A stretch of DNA of 64,000 nucleotides from Spirochaetia bacterium (lineage in GTDB: Bacteria; Spirochaetota; Spirochaetia; UBA9216), in contig OY776510.1 of NCBI GenBank assembly GCA_963675665.1, positions 96,001 through 160,000 of the forward strand, read 5' to 3'. The notes under the pieces are model-generated. The model saw nothing but the letters and a program-made list of their open reading frames with translations, had not been told where the DNA came from and ran no database searches. Below are positions 9,427 to 18,787 of this stretch, piece after piece; position 1 is the stretch's first letter; every line of letters starts with the position of its first letter. Made by a program: the position numbers and the translations under genes.

Positions 9427-11868
9427 CTAAATACGTATTCCCACAAACCATGTTGGATACATATCAAATGAACCGTATTCATTTTTAAAGGAAAGCGGCT
9501 CAATTCTGTCTATAAATGAGGCTGCGGCATCTTCACCAATCTCAATATTATCTCCATCGAAAACTGTATTGATATAACAATCAAAATTCACGCCTACAAA
9601 GACAGACATAAAATCAAACACCTTCATTCCCGCGGAAAGTCTCAACGCCGGATAAAAATCAGTATTGCCCATTATTATACCCTGTATATTTTCATCAGCG
9701 CCGCCCATTCCGGACATATAGGCTTTGGCGTAGATATCAGTATCTAGATAGAGTAAATCTCCGCCGAGCTCAAGCCCTAACCCAATTCCCAATGATGAAG
9801 CATCAGTCCAGTTCTCGGAAAATCCGGCGTGCATGAATGTGTAAACCGTCGACGTTCCAAGCTGATAGCCGAAGTTTATAAAATCATTATCACTGTACCA
9901 GAAGGACATATCGTTAAGGCCGTTCTCGCTGATGTTTATCAGGCCTATCGGAAGCCCGTGCAGGTCCTCGCTTATATTTATCAGCCCGACCTGCAATCCG
10001 TAAACTTCTCCGCCGAAATTCAGCAAACCGAACTGCCCGCCGCGGACGTCTTCTGCAATATTGATAATGCCTGCTGCCTGTACGCCGTCGACATCCTTTG
10101 CCGCATTGAATACACCGGCCGCCTGGACACCGACAACCTTTTCTTCGGAAATATTAAATACTCCCGAGGACTGAATGCCGGTAACCTTTCCTTCCGCAAT
10201 ATTGAAAACGCCGGCACTTTGAATAAAAGCAATATCATGAGCTGAATTCCAGACGCCGGAAAACTGCCCGCCTGTTACATCACCTTCGGCAGCCGCCCAG
10301 ATACCTCCGATCTGAACTCCGCTGACATCACCTTCAGATGTCGTATATACTCCGGCAATCTGGGCGCCCTGAACATTGCCTTGAACCGAGCCGAAGATCC
10401 CGGCGAGCTGAATACCGTCGAGCTTTCCTTCTACATCCGCACCTATTGCACCAAGCTGTATTCCGTTCAAATTCTCTGCTGAAGCAACTATTCCAAAATC
10501 CATGCCGTAGTCGGTTTTCATCGGTTTGTATTCACGGCTCTCAGCCTGTGGTTTCTGTACCCCGGCGGTTTGAGATGCTGAAGGTCCATCAGTATTTCCA
10601 CTTTCTCCCGTGCTCATTCCTGCAGCTTCAAGCGCTCTCTTTTTTGCTTTTTCAGCTATAATATCGAGTTCTGCTGCAGTATCATTAACTGAGCGTTCTT
10701 CGCTTTCGACGGTGGTTTCGAAATCTGCGGCAGGCTTGTCAAGGCTGCGGCCGTCATCCGCTGCGATATGCGTGCCTCCGCGGACGACATTATTTGAACG
10801 CGGAACAGGATAAAATTCATCCTTCATTACCATTATCTTTGAACCGCCGGCAAGCATGAGATCCGCCGAAAGCAGACGATCGCCGTCGTCGAGGATCATT
10901 GAGTAGCGCCCCGGACCGATTGACACGACAAGCGGAGTACCCTCAATTTTCTTGAGTTCAACTACAAGCCTTCCGGCGCTGTCCCTGACAAAAATCCGTC
11001 CCCGAAGATCTTCCTCAAACATTATCTGCTCCGAAACGGACCTTAAATCGGTCAGGACCAGGTCTCCCGTGCCGGCAAGCTGAATATCGTAACTTGGGTG
11101 TTGCGGCCCGGCGAGGGTGTCTTCCGTTCTCGCAAGAGTTTCCGATGAAGCATAGGAGTATGCTTCATTCAGCGAAACCGTACCGTCAAGGGTTGAATCA
11201 GCAGCGCCGCGAAGGGCCGTTACAAAATAGTGGGTAAAAAAGGAAGCGCCGAGATCATCAGATTCCTGGGCCGCCTCATCCTCCGAACTTGAGGTAAGAA
11301 ATGCATGCCCTGAAGCATTCACGGATTCATCCGAAAGAAACGGAGATTTTCTGATTCCGCCTTTCATGCGTGTAAACGCGCCTGAGGAACATGAGTCAAG
11401 AACCGCAATATTCACATCAGCTTCAACCGAGTCAATTGCATCTTTCAACTCTTCATATTTATAAACCGAATCGCCAAGAAGCAACCCCTCTTCATCGGAA
11501 TGCCCTGAGTAATAAAAGAAAAACTCGGAGCGTTTTATATTATCTGATTTTATACTCTTCTGAATCTCTTTTATTGTGTGATTAACCATCATCGGGGAAG
11601 GATCAGTAAGAATAATACTGTCGGTGGGCATTACTCCGCCCAGCTGCTGCATTACATCGGATACCGTTCTGGCGTCGGTAACGGCATAGGAAAGGGTTAC
11701 ACGATCCCTTCCGCCGTAATTGGAACCGACATAGAGACCGTACCTGCGTAATACTGTATCCTGTGCCGAAACGTTGACTGCGGAAAACAGCATAAGGAAT
11801 GCTATAAACATTATAAGTCCGATCTGGATCGCTATATTTCGAAAAGAATTATTCGTCGTCTTTTTCAT
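9427..11868 (-). CDS. Exported caspase-family (peptidase C14) protein with Gly-Gln repeats and a beta-rich C-terminus
   Basis: Signal peptide ending ...VSA|Q; His-Cys dyad YYSGHSD / VLDSCSSG; ~15-aa G.Q..G..N repeats; C-terminus WFVGIRI. Confidence 0.85.
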   Translation of the reverse strand: MKKTTNNSFRNIAIQIGLIMFIAFLMLFSAVNVSAQDTVLRRYGLYVGSNYGGRDRVTLSYAVTDARTVSDVMQQLGGVMPTDSIILTDPSPMMVNHTIKEIQKSIKSDNIKRSEFFFYYSGHSDEEGLLLGDSVYKYEELKDAIDSVEADVNIAVLDSCSSGAFTRMKGGIRKSPFLSDESVNASGHAFLTSSSEDEAAQESDDLGASFFTHYFVTALRGAADSTLDGTVSLNEAYSYASSETLARTEDTLAGPQHPSYDIQLAGTGDLVLTDLRSVSEQIMFEEDLRGRIFVRDSAGRLVVELKKIEGTPLVVSIGPGRYSMILDDGDRLLSADLMLAGGSKIMVMKDEFYPVPRSNNVVRGGTHIAADDGRSLDKPAADFETTVESEERSVNDTAAELDIIAEKAKKRALEAAGMSTGESGNTDGPSASQTAGVQKPQAESREYKPMKTDYGMDFGIVASAENLNGIQLGAIGADVEGKLDGIQLAGIFGSVQGNVQGAQIAGVYTTSEGDVSGVQIGGIWAAAEGDVTGGQFSGVWNSAHDIAFIQSAGVFNIAEGKVTGIQSSGVFNISEEKVVGVQAAGVFNAAKDVDGVQAAGIINIAEDVRGGQFGLLNFGGEVYGLQVGLINISEDLHGLPIGLINISENGLNDMSFWYSDNDFINFGYQLGTSTVYTFMHAGFSENWTDASSLGIGLGLELGGDLLYLDTDIYAKAYMSGMGGADENIQGIIMGNTDFYPALRLSAGMKVFDFMSVFVGVNFDCYINTVFDGDNIEIGEDAAASFIDRIEPLSFKNEYGSFDMYPTWFVGIRI

Positions 11869-12695
11869 CTCTCAGCCCCCTTTTTAAGAAGGATTGTTGT
11901 CTGGTAATAGGTTTCCGGAATATCCAGAAACTCGCGTCTGGAAGAATTACCCTTTGAAGCCAGCTCATAAGCAGCATCAAAGACCTCGTCGATATCAAAA
12001 CTGCTTCCTCCGGTAATGAAGAAAAACCTTTCAAACTCAGGAGCGTCGTCAAGCTCATAAGCATACGGAAGCAGAATAGCTCCGTTATTATCAAGTTCCG
12101 CAGCTATTCCTTTATAAGTCGGAAAATGAAGGGTAACAGTACCGCGTCCGTCAATAGAAAATATCACGCCGTACTTGAAACTTCCTGCAATATATTCAAT
12201 CTGAAGCAGATCTTTTTCATATGCCGTATCACGATTTGCAAGGATTTCCGCCGATTCGCCGGACCTGCGGTAAATTTTCAATGAAGGTTTCAACCCCTTT
12301 ATTCGTTCGGCAGATAACCCCTCCGAGGCTTCAATCATTGCTCCGGTACTTGTTGCAGGGCCGTTATAGAAGCTGATGCCCAAAACCAGAGCAAGAACGG
12401 CTGCAGCCGCTATCACGGAAAAACGGACCGCTTTAAAAGCGTTAAACGGCTTAATTTTATCATTGTCTTCAACATCTGAATTTTCTGTATCCGAATCATC
12501 AAGCCTGGCTTTAATTTTCGCTGCCATTTGCTCAGGTTTATATTTTTTAAGTATTTCCGCATCTGAAATTTCAAGACGCTCCAACTCACGCTTCAGTTCA
12601 TCCTGATCCGGATAACCGGCTTCAAGCGCCCTCTTTTCATCTTCGGTTAATTCACCCAATCTGTATTTCTCAAGTAAAAGATTTCCGGGTTTCAT
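11865..12695 (-). CDS. Putative membrane anti-sigma factor (ActD-like, DUF4384-like C-terminal domain)
   Basis: N-terminal LLEKYRLGEL anti-sigma-like motif, one TM helix, C-terminal IFSIDGRGTVTLHFP...LPYAYELDDAPEFERFF; start at ATG 12695 after GGAGG. Confidence 0.75.
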   Translation of the reverse strand: MKPGNLLLEKYRLGELTEDEKRALEAGYPDQDELKRELERLEISDAEILKKYKPEQMAAKIKARLDDSDTENSDVEDNDKIKPFNAFKAVRFSVIAAAAVLALVLGISFYNGPATSTGAMIEASEGLSAERIKGLKPSLKIYRRSGESAEILANRDTAYEKDLLQIEYIAGSFKYGVIFSIDGRGTVTLHFPTYKGIAAELDNNGAILLPYAYELDDAPEFERFFFITGGSSFDIDEVFDAAYELASKGNSSRREFLDIPETYYQTTILLKKGAER

Positions 12696-12791
12696 TGATT
12701 TATCCTCCTGTTTCTCCGGGGGCGAATGTTCATGAAACAAACTTCTGAAGAAAATTGAATCGAAGGCGCTTGCGCCTGAGAGGCAATTTCC

Positions 12792-13283
12792 TTACTCCCC
12801 CTTAAAGGCCAGTCCCCGCTCTCTGAGGCCTCTCAGCCTCTTACGGACTCCGGAAACCGACATTTCCATCATGTCTGCGGTTTGTTCAAGCGTATAACCG
12901 TCCACATAATGCAGAACAGCCATTGTTCTTGTTGTTTCTTTCTCACTCGCAAACAGCTGTTCAAGAAAATGCCCGGTAAGAACGACTTCTTCATGATCCC
13001 TGAATCCGCTTTCAAACGCTGCGATAGTATCAAGCATCTCGTTTCCGTCGTTCACAAAACGGCTGCGGTTTTTCCGCAGTTCATTCAGACAGATATTGGT
13101 TGCAATAGTGTAAAGCAGGCTGGACGGCGCGCGGTCGTCCAGAACGTCGGCTTTTTGCAGAACCTTCACAAAAACTTCCTGCATGGCATCAAGAGCCTGC
13201 TCTTCATTCTTCAGAAGAGACCGGCAGCGGCGAAGTACCATCGGGCCGTATTTTGTGTAAAACTGTTCAACATCAATCTTCAA
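12792..13283 (-). CDS. ECF RNA polymerase sigma factor
   Basis: Region 2 (ALDAMQEVFVK...LYTIATNICLN) and region 4 (HYVDGYTLEQTA...SVSGVRKRL); probable TTG start at 13283 after GGAAGG. Confidence 0.9.
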   Translation of the reverse strand: MKIDVEQFYTKYGPMVLRRCRSLLKNEEQALDAMQEVFVKVLQKADVLDDRAPSSLLYTIATNICLNELRKNRSRFVNDGNEMLDTIAAFESGFRDHEEVVLTGHFLEQLFASEKETTRTMAVLHYVDGYTLEQTADMMEMSVSGVRKRLRGLRERGLAFKGE

Positions 13284-13316
13284 GAATTCCGTTCCTTCCC
13301 ATTGTCTATATATTGA

Positions 13317-13343
13317 ACACGCTAAATGAGGATAAGTGTTACC
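13317..13343 (-). promoter_or_regulatory. Candidate autoregulatory ECF promoter
   Basis: GGTAAC-N16-CGTGT upstream of the sigma gene, fitting the generic ECF AAC..CGT pattern. Confidence 0.45.
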
Positions 13344-13381
13344 TGATAATAACATTTTTACCAATAATTATGTTGGAAGAC

Positions 13382-13768
13382 TTAATTTATTTTATCGCCG
13401 TTGATATAAATATTAAAACCGTTTGTGGTAATATTTCCGGTTGATCCTGTCAGTTCCGACAGATATGTATCACCGTTTAAAACTCATTTACTGGTTTCAT
13501 CGATATTTACAGTAATGCAGCCTCCGGAGTTTTCCGCATTTTTTGTTCCTTCGTATACCGTACCGTCGGCGCCTTCATTCTGAACTATCCCCTATTCATA
13601 GAGATCGTCCACGATTATGTTTAAGTCGGAAGTATTTTCATCAAGGTCATAAAAATATTCAGACGAGCTGTTAACTGCCGGTTCTGTTTCAGATACTGAG
13701 GGATTTGTATTGTTGTTACTCCTGTCCAAGGTATACAGCAAATATAACAAACCAGTTAAAAAGAAGAG
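13382..13768 (-). pseudogene. Decayed gene with in-frame stops
   Basis: One protein-like frame: LFFLTGLLYLLY...DDLYE*GIVQNEG...VNIDETSK*VLNGDTYLSELTGSTGNITTNGFNIYINGDKIN*, with TAG at 13594-13592 and TGA at 13486-13484. Confidence 0.55.
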
Positions 13769-13817
13769 TTAATGAAGTGTAAATAGAGTGCAAACAACGT
13801 AAAAACGTGAATAGTGT

Positions 13818-15737
13818 CTATTTATTCTTGATTTTTTTGAATTTCCCGCTCCTGATTTCTTTCGCCGCAAGCCTTACGCCTGCAGCCTTTACGCCTTTTA
13901 CAAGATAGTCATCCACGGGAAAGCTTTCTTCAAGAACTTTCAGCCTCGGTTTAGGTTTATAATTAAGTTTTACCGCTTCACCATCTTTCGTGGACAATTT
14001 TAGAATGGTACAGCCGTCAGGAACAAGTTCATATGATTTATCCAGGATGAATTTTTCAATCTTGCACCGTTTCAGATGGGCATATCCGGTTTTATCATTC
14101 TTATAGATAATATTGAATATCCTCCCGGCCATTTCATCCTTTTCCGCAAGCCCGCAGAAGAGCATACCCTTATCTACAAAAAGTTTGTCCGGAACATCGG
14201 TAACTGAGTAAACGCCGCTCTTCCTGATAATCAGGATTCTGTCATAGCTGGAAACATTAAACAGGACTTTCCCCGACTTAACCTCATGTCCGAGATACCC
14301 TGTTTGATCATCGTAGCACAAAGTCAGATTCCGCTGGGCGGCTTCACGCACATCAACCTTATCAAAAGCGAGAATCTCCGTCCTGCGTCTCTGCTCAACG
14401 GTTACTCCTTCCAGCAGCTGGTCCACAAATGAAACGGCATAGCTTATAATATTTTTCAGATGATGTCTTACCTGCTTCAACCTGTCGTTAAGCTGCTGCA
14501 TCTCTTCCCGAGCCTTGTTGATATCGTAAAGAGATATCCGGCGTATCGGAATCTTAAGCAGACGTTCAACATCTTCCTCGGTAACTTCCCGTTTTATTTC
14601 ACTCTGAAAGGGTTTAAAACCTTCTATTACGGTATCTATAACACCTTTTCGCGTTTTCATCTGCTCAATTCGTTTGTAGATTCGTTCTTCGATAAATATC
14701 CGTTCAAGAGTCCGGGCATGTATCTTGTCTTTAAGGCCCCTTTCTTCAAGTTTGAGTTCATCCGTTAAGACCTCAACAATCTGTTTCGCATAGTAGCGGA
14801 TAACTTCGGTTACAGTCATCTGGGTAGGAAGACCGTTTTTAATTACAAGAAGATTTACCGAGATTGAAACCTCGCAATCGGTAAAAGCGTATAATGAATC
14901 AACTACCTCATTGGTGTATGCGCCGCGGGCCAGCTTTATTTCAATTTCCGCCTTCTCGGTTGTATAGTCGGTAATTCCGGAAACTTTTATCTTGTTGCGG
15001 CGGGCGGCGTTCTCGATCGAATTCATCAGGGTTTCGGTAGTCGTGCCGAAAGGGATTTCCCTGATTACTATACGTTTGGGATCCTTCGTATCAAGCTTTG
15101 CCCTCACGAGGATTTTGCCGTTTCCGTCTTCATAATCGGATACATCGACCAGACCGCCCGTCGGGAAATCCGGGTAAAGTTGAAACGCCTTGTTATTAAG
15201 GCAGGCCTTTAACGCTTCAAGTACTTCTTCATAGTTGTGCGGAAGTATCTTTGTCGACATTCCTACCGCAATTCCTTCGGCGCCGTGCACAAGCACAACA
15301 GGTATCTTTGAACGGAATGCGACCGGTTCTTTATTCCGCCCGTCATAAGAATCTACATATTCTGTAATATCCGGGTTGTAAAGCACCTTTTTTGCCAGCG
15401 GAAGCGCCCGGCACTCGATATATCTTGATGCTGAAGCCGGATCTCCCGTAAGAATATTACCGAAATTACCCTGCTTCTCTATGAATAAATCCTTATTGGC
15501 CAGTACCACAAGGGCCGAATATATCGAAGCGTCTCCATGAGGATGATATTTCATGCAATGCCCGACTATATTTGCAACTTTATGAAACTTCCCGTCGTCC
15601 ACCTCGAAAAGCGAATGCAGAATCCTTCGCTGGACCGGTTTTAATCCGTCCGCTATATCGGGGATTGCCCTGTCCTTGATAACGTATGAGGCGTACTCAA
15701 GAAAATTGCTGTTGAATACTGTTTTTGCGTATGCCAT
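13818..15737 (-). CDS. parC: DNA topoisomerase IV subunit A
   Basis: DGLKPVQRRIL, YHPHGD, ASASRYIE catalytic Tyr; short C-terminal domain, no GyrA box seen. Confidence 0.9.
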   Translation of the reverse strand: MAYAKTVFNSNFLEYASYVIKDRAIPDIADGLKPVQRRILHSLFEVDDGKFHKVANIVGHCMKYHPHGDASIYSALVVLANKDLFIEKQGNFGNILTGDPASASRYIECRALPLAKKVLYNPDITEYVDSYDGRNKEPVAFRSKIPVVLVHGAEGIAVGMSTKILPHNYEEVLEALKACLNNKAFQLYPDFPTGGLVDVSDYEDGNGKILVRAKLDTKDPKRIVIREIPFGTTTETLMNSIENAARRNKIKVSGITDYTTEKAEIEIKLARGAYTNEVVDSLYAFTDCEVSISVNLLVIKNGLPTQMTVTEVIRYYAKQIVEVLTDELKLEERGLKDKIHARTLERIFIEERIYKRIEQMKTRKGVIDTVIEGFKPFQSEIKREVTEEDVERLLKIPIRRISLYDINKAREEMQQLNDRLKQVRHHLKNIISYAVSFVDQLLEGVTVEQRRRTEILAFDKVDVREAAQRNLTLCYDDQTGYLGHEVKSGKVLFNVSSYDRILIIRKSGVYSVTDVPDKLFVDKGMLFCGLAEKDEMAGRIFNIIYKNDKTGYAHLKRCKIEKFILDKSYELVPDGCTILKLSTKDGEAVKLNYKPKPRLKVLEESFPVDDYLVKGVKAAGVRLAAKEIRSGKFKKIKNK

Positions 15738-17533
15738 CAGATAAGGTTCTCCATAATAAAACTGCGGCGGGCAGGCGTATTCTTACCCATGAAAAATTCC
15801 AGCGTATCGGGGATATCTTTCATTGTCTTAATGTTAACCTTAACCAGCCTCATATCTTCTCCAATAAACTGCCCGAATTCTTTGGGTGAAATCTCTCCAA
15901 GGCCTTTAAAGCGTGTAATCTCCGCTCCTGAAATGGAATCCGAAGCTTCATCCCGCTCCTTGTTGTTATAGCAGTACCGGGTCTCTTTCTTGTTTCTTAC
16001 CCGGAACAATGGTGTTTCAAGGATATATACATGCCCTGCGCTTACAAGTTCTTCAAAAAAACTTAAAAAGAAGGTCATCAGAAGATTCCTGATATGAAAC
16101 CCGTCGTAATCAGCATCTGTGGCGATTATCAGCCTGTTATAGCGCAGGTTCTCAACATCATTCTCAATACCCAGCGCCATCATCAGGTTGAAAAGCTCTT
16201 CATTCTTGTATATTGCAGCTTTTGTTTTACCGAAAACATTGAACGGCTTTCCCCGAAGGCTGAAAACCGCCTGGGAATAAACGTCACGAGCGGAGACAAT
16301 GGAACCCGATGCAGATTGACCCTCGGTAATAAAAATCATTGAGCTGTCGCCTTTTTTATCGCCGAGATGATATTTGCAGTCTTTAAGATTCGGAATTTTC
16401 AGCGCTACTTTCTTGGCGGCTTCGCGGGCTTCTTTCTTTACGGCATTAAGTTCCTTGCGCAGTTTTTCATTGCTGATTATCTTGTTCTCAAGTTTCTTTG
16501 CCGCTTCCTTGTTCTTGTGCAGGAAGTCGACAACGCCTGATTTAACCTCATTTACAAGCCAGCCCCGAATTTCCGTGTTGCCCAGCTTGTTCTTTGTCTG
16601 GCTTTCAAACACAGGGTTCTGAAGCTTGATGGCCACCGCACCGGCAAGTCCGTCGCGCGCATCTACACCTGAATAATTCTTTTTATAAAATTCGTTTACT
16701 CCCTTCAGAAACCCTTCGCGAAATGCGCTCTGATGGGTTCCTCCGTCTGAAGTATACTGGCCGTTAACAAAAGAGAAATAATTTTCCCCGTAGGTATTTG
16801 TATGTGCAAAAGCGAATTCCAGCTTATCACTTCGGTGATAGCCTATATCATAAATAGTAGTCTCGCCGACTTCGGAATCCAGCAGATCAAGCAGACCATT
16901 CTTTGATTCATACTTCTGCTTGTTAAGGTACAGCGTCAAACCGCTGTTCAGGTAGGCGTAGTTCCAGATCCGCTGATCGATAAATTCGAAATTGTAGCTG
17001 TATTCGCCGAAAATCTCCGGATCGGGAACAAACTCAACATAAGTGCCGTCGGCTTCCTTCTCTGTTTTGCCCTGCCGTTTTTTCTTTAAATTCCCACGTT
17101 CAAAAACAGCTTCAAAAAACTTGCCGTCGCGAAACGATACAACACGAAAATATTCCGATAATGCATTAACAGCCTTTGTGCCGACACCGTTCAGGCCGAC
17201 CGAAAACTGAAACACGTCGTCATTGTATTTGGCGCCGGTATTAATAACCGATACGCAGTCAATAACCTTGCCGAGGGGAATGCCGCGCCCGTAGTCACGA
17301 ATCTTGACCCGGCTGCCTTCAACATTTACGATAATCCTGGAACCGTTTCCCATTATGAATTCGTCAATTGAGTTGTCGATTACTTCTTTCAGAAGAACAT
17401 ATATTCCGTCGTCGAGATTTGTTCCGTCTCCGAGCCGGCCGATATACATACCTGTACGCAAACGGATATGCTCAAGCGAGCTTAGAGTCTTTATTTTACT
17501 TTCATCGTATGTTGTGTTCTTAGCTTTTGCCAT
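15737..17533 (-). CDS. parE: DNA topoisomerase IV subunit B
   Basis: EVIDNSIDE, DYGRGIP, GLNGVG, ITEGQSA, TDADYDG, TRFKGLGE. Confidence 0.9.
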   Translation of the reverse strand: MAKAKNTTYDESKIKTLSSLEHIRLRTGMYIGRLGDGTNLDDGIYVLLKEVIDNSIDEFIMGNGSRIIVNVEGSRVKIRDYGRGIPLGKVIDCVSVINTGAKYNDDVFQFSVGLNGVGTKAVNALSEYFRVVSFRDGKFFEAVFERGNLKKKRQGKTEKEADGTYVEFVPDPEIFGEYSYNFEFIDQRIWNYAYLNSGLTLYLNKQKYESKNGLLDLLDSEVGETTIYDIGYHRSDKLEFAFAHTNTYGENYFSFVNGQYTSDGGTHQSAFREGFLKGVNEFYKKNYSGVDARDGLAGAVAIKLQNPVFESQTKNKLGNTEIRGWLVNEVKSGVVDFLHKNKEAAKKLENKIISNEKLRKELNAVKKEAREAAKKVALKIPNLKDCKYHLGDKKGDSSMIFITEGQSASGSIVSARDVYSQAVFSLRGKPFNVFGKTKAAIYKNEELFNLMMALGIENDVENLRYNRLIIATDADYDGFHIRNLLMTFFLSFFEELVSAGHVYILETPLFRVRNKKETRYCYNNKERDEASDSISGAEITRFKGLGEISPKEFGQFIGEDMRLVKVNIKTMKDIPDTLEFFMGKNTPARRSFIMENLI

Positions 17534-17668
17534 TGAGTATTTTAAATCTCCCCCAGTCTGATTACTATTTTATCACTTATCAGTCCGGGATTCAAGAATG
17601 AGATTTTAAAAGAATGAACAGAGATTTATAATATGGAGATCTCCAGGCTTTAAAATGTTTATTTCGTC

Positions 17669-18703
17669 CTATTGATCGATATACTCTTCGCTCAGGATAT
17701 TATAGCAAAGATATTCAGGGAATTTCTTTCTGAGGGAAGACACAAGCACCTTCGAATCCATATCGGAAAAGAACGGCCGGGTCGGATTGACCGTTATTGC
17801 AAGCGTATTGACCGAATCAAAGACCCTCAGGCTTATTCCTTTTTTCTCCATTTTACCCTGCAGACGTGAATTTAAAAACAGGCGAGTGCTGTCTTTAATA
17901 ATTACACTTAAATCCCGTCCCCGATCGCTGTTCAGAATCTGCTCTGCACGCTTATCGGTAAGCGCCCCCGACAGAACAACCGCCCTTACGGAGTTTTCCT
18001 TTCCCAGTCCGGAGATCGCCTCATCAGCATTGCCGGCTTGCAGAACACTGCCGTCGTCGGTTATACAGCCGCTTTTTTGAGATACAAATAAATCCCGGGC
18101 GATTTCCACAAGATCCGGATCATCTAGTTCCGGTACCTTTAATTTTGATACAGCCTCTTCAGTATGCCTGACTACATCGTCTTCGGTCATTCCGAGAACA
18201 GCGCCTGTGGAGAGTATACATGCATCCGAGATCAGCGGAACTGCAGAACTTCGCCTGTCCAGCGCTCCGTCGATTAAAACCAGATCGGACTGCCGTTCCA
18301 GCAAAGGTATTATTTTTAATAATCCGGCAACCGTGTTCACTCCGATCAACTCGGCCATGCCCCCGTTGGAACCGCTGGTATATACTTTTGTCTCTCCGAA
18401 AACCGTAAAAAGGCCTGTGCCGGTTTCGGATTTAATATCAATCACAGCCGGATTAATAAAGCGTTCGGCCGTTACAAAAAGTGTATTCGGCGGTACATGT
18501 ATACGTGGTTTTTCCAGCAGGGTTATTGCATCAACCGATTCCCCATCCCGCCCGAACGAGATGAGCGCCGGTTTAAGCCCTACGGTCCGGCACTCCGCAA
18601 TAAGTGTATTGAAGGTAACTGTTTTACCTGTATTTTTTGCAAGACCAATAACCGATAACCGTTTAATTTTCTTCTCAATAATTCTGTCAACTAATCTTGC
18701 CAC
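17669..18703 (-). CDS. kamB: Lysine 5,6-aminomutase reactivase subunit KamB-like
   Basis: IGLAKNTGKTVT P-loop, SFGRDGE, LIDGALDR; position next to the kam cluster; probable GTG start at 18703. Confidence 0.7.
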   Translation of the reverse strand: MARLVDRIIEKKIKRLSVIGLAKNTGKTVTFNTLIAECRTVGLKPALISFGRDGESVDAITLLEKPRIHVPPNTLFVTAERFINPAVIDIKSETGTGLFTVFGETKVYTSGSNGGMAELIGVNTVAGLLKIIPLLERQSDLVLIDGALDRRSSAVPLISDACILSTGAVLGMTEDDVVRHTEEAVSKLKVPELDDPDLVEIARDLFVSQKSGCITDDGSVLQAGNADEAISGLGKENSVRAVVLSGALTDKRAEQILNSDRGRDLSVIIKDSTRLFLNSRLQGKMEKKGISLRVFDSVNTLAITVNPTRPFFSDMDSKVLVSSLRKKFPEYLCYNILSEEYIDQ

Positions 18704-18719
18704 TATCAATCCCGCAATG

Positions 18720-18758
18720 TAAAAATAAGCGGCGGGCCGGACGAAGCACAGCCCCCGC
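18720..18758 (-). terminator. GC-rich hairpin/terminator after nhaC
   Basis: Minus strand GCGGGGGCTG...CGGCCCGCCGC followed by TTATTTTT. Confidence 0.55.
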
Positions 18759-18787
18759 AGAGACATTTTATAATCTATTATATTGCA

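Noticed and set aside
9427-13283. Caspase/sigma module as CRISPR type III-E or anti-phage defence
   Set aside because: No cas genes, array, TPR-CHAT, gasdermin or NLR nearby, and the protease appears exported
13382-13768. Pyrrolysine/selenocysteine recoding of the in-frame TAG and TGA
   Set aside because: Two different stops, no clear start, no SECIS-like hairpin or pyl/sel genes in the window; decay is simpler
13818-17533. gyrA/gyrB assignment
   Set aside because: Short A subunit without a GyrA box and divergent B motifs favour topoisomerase IV
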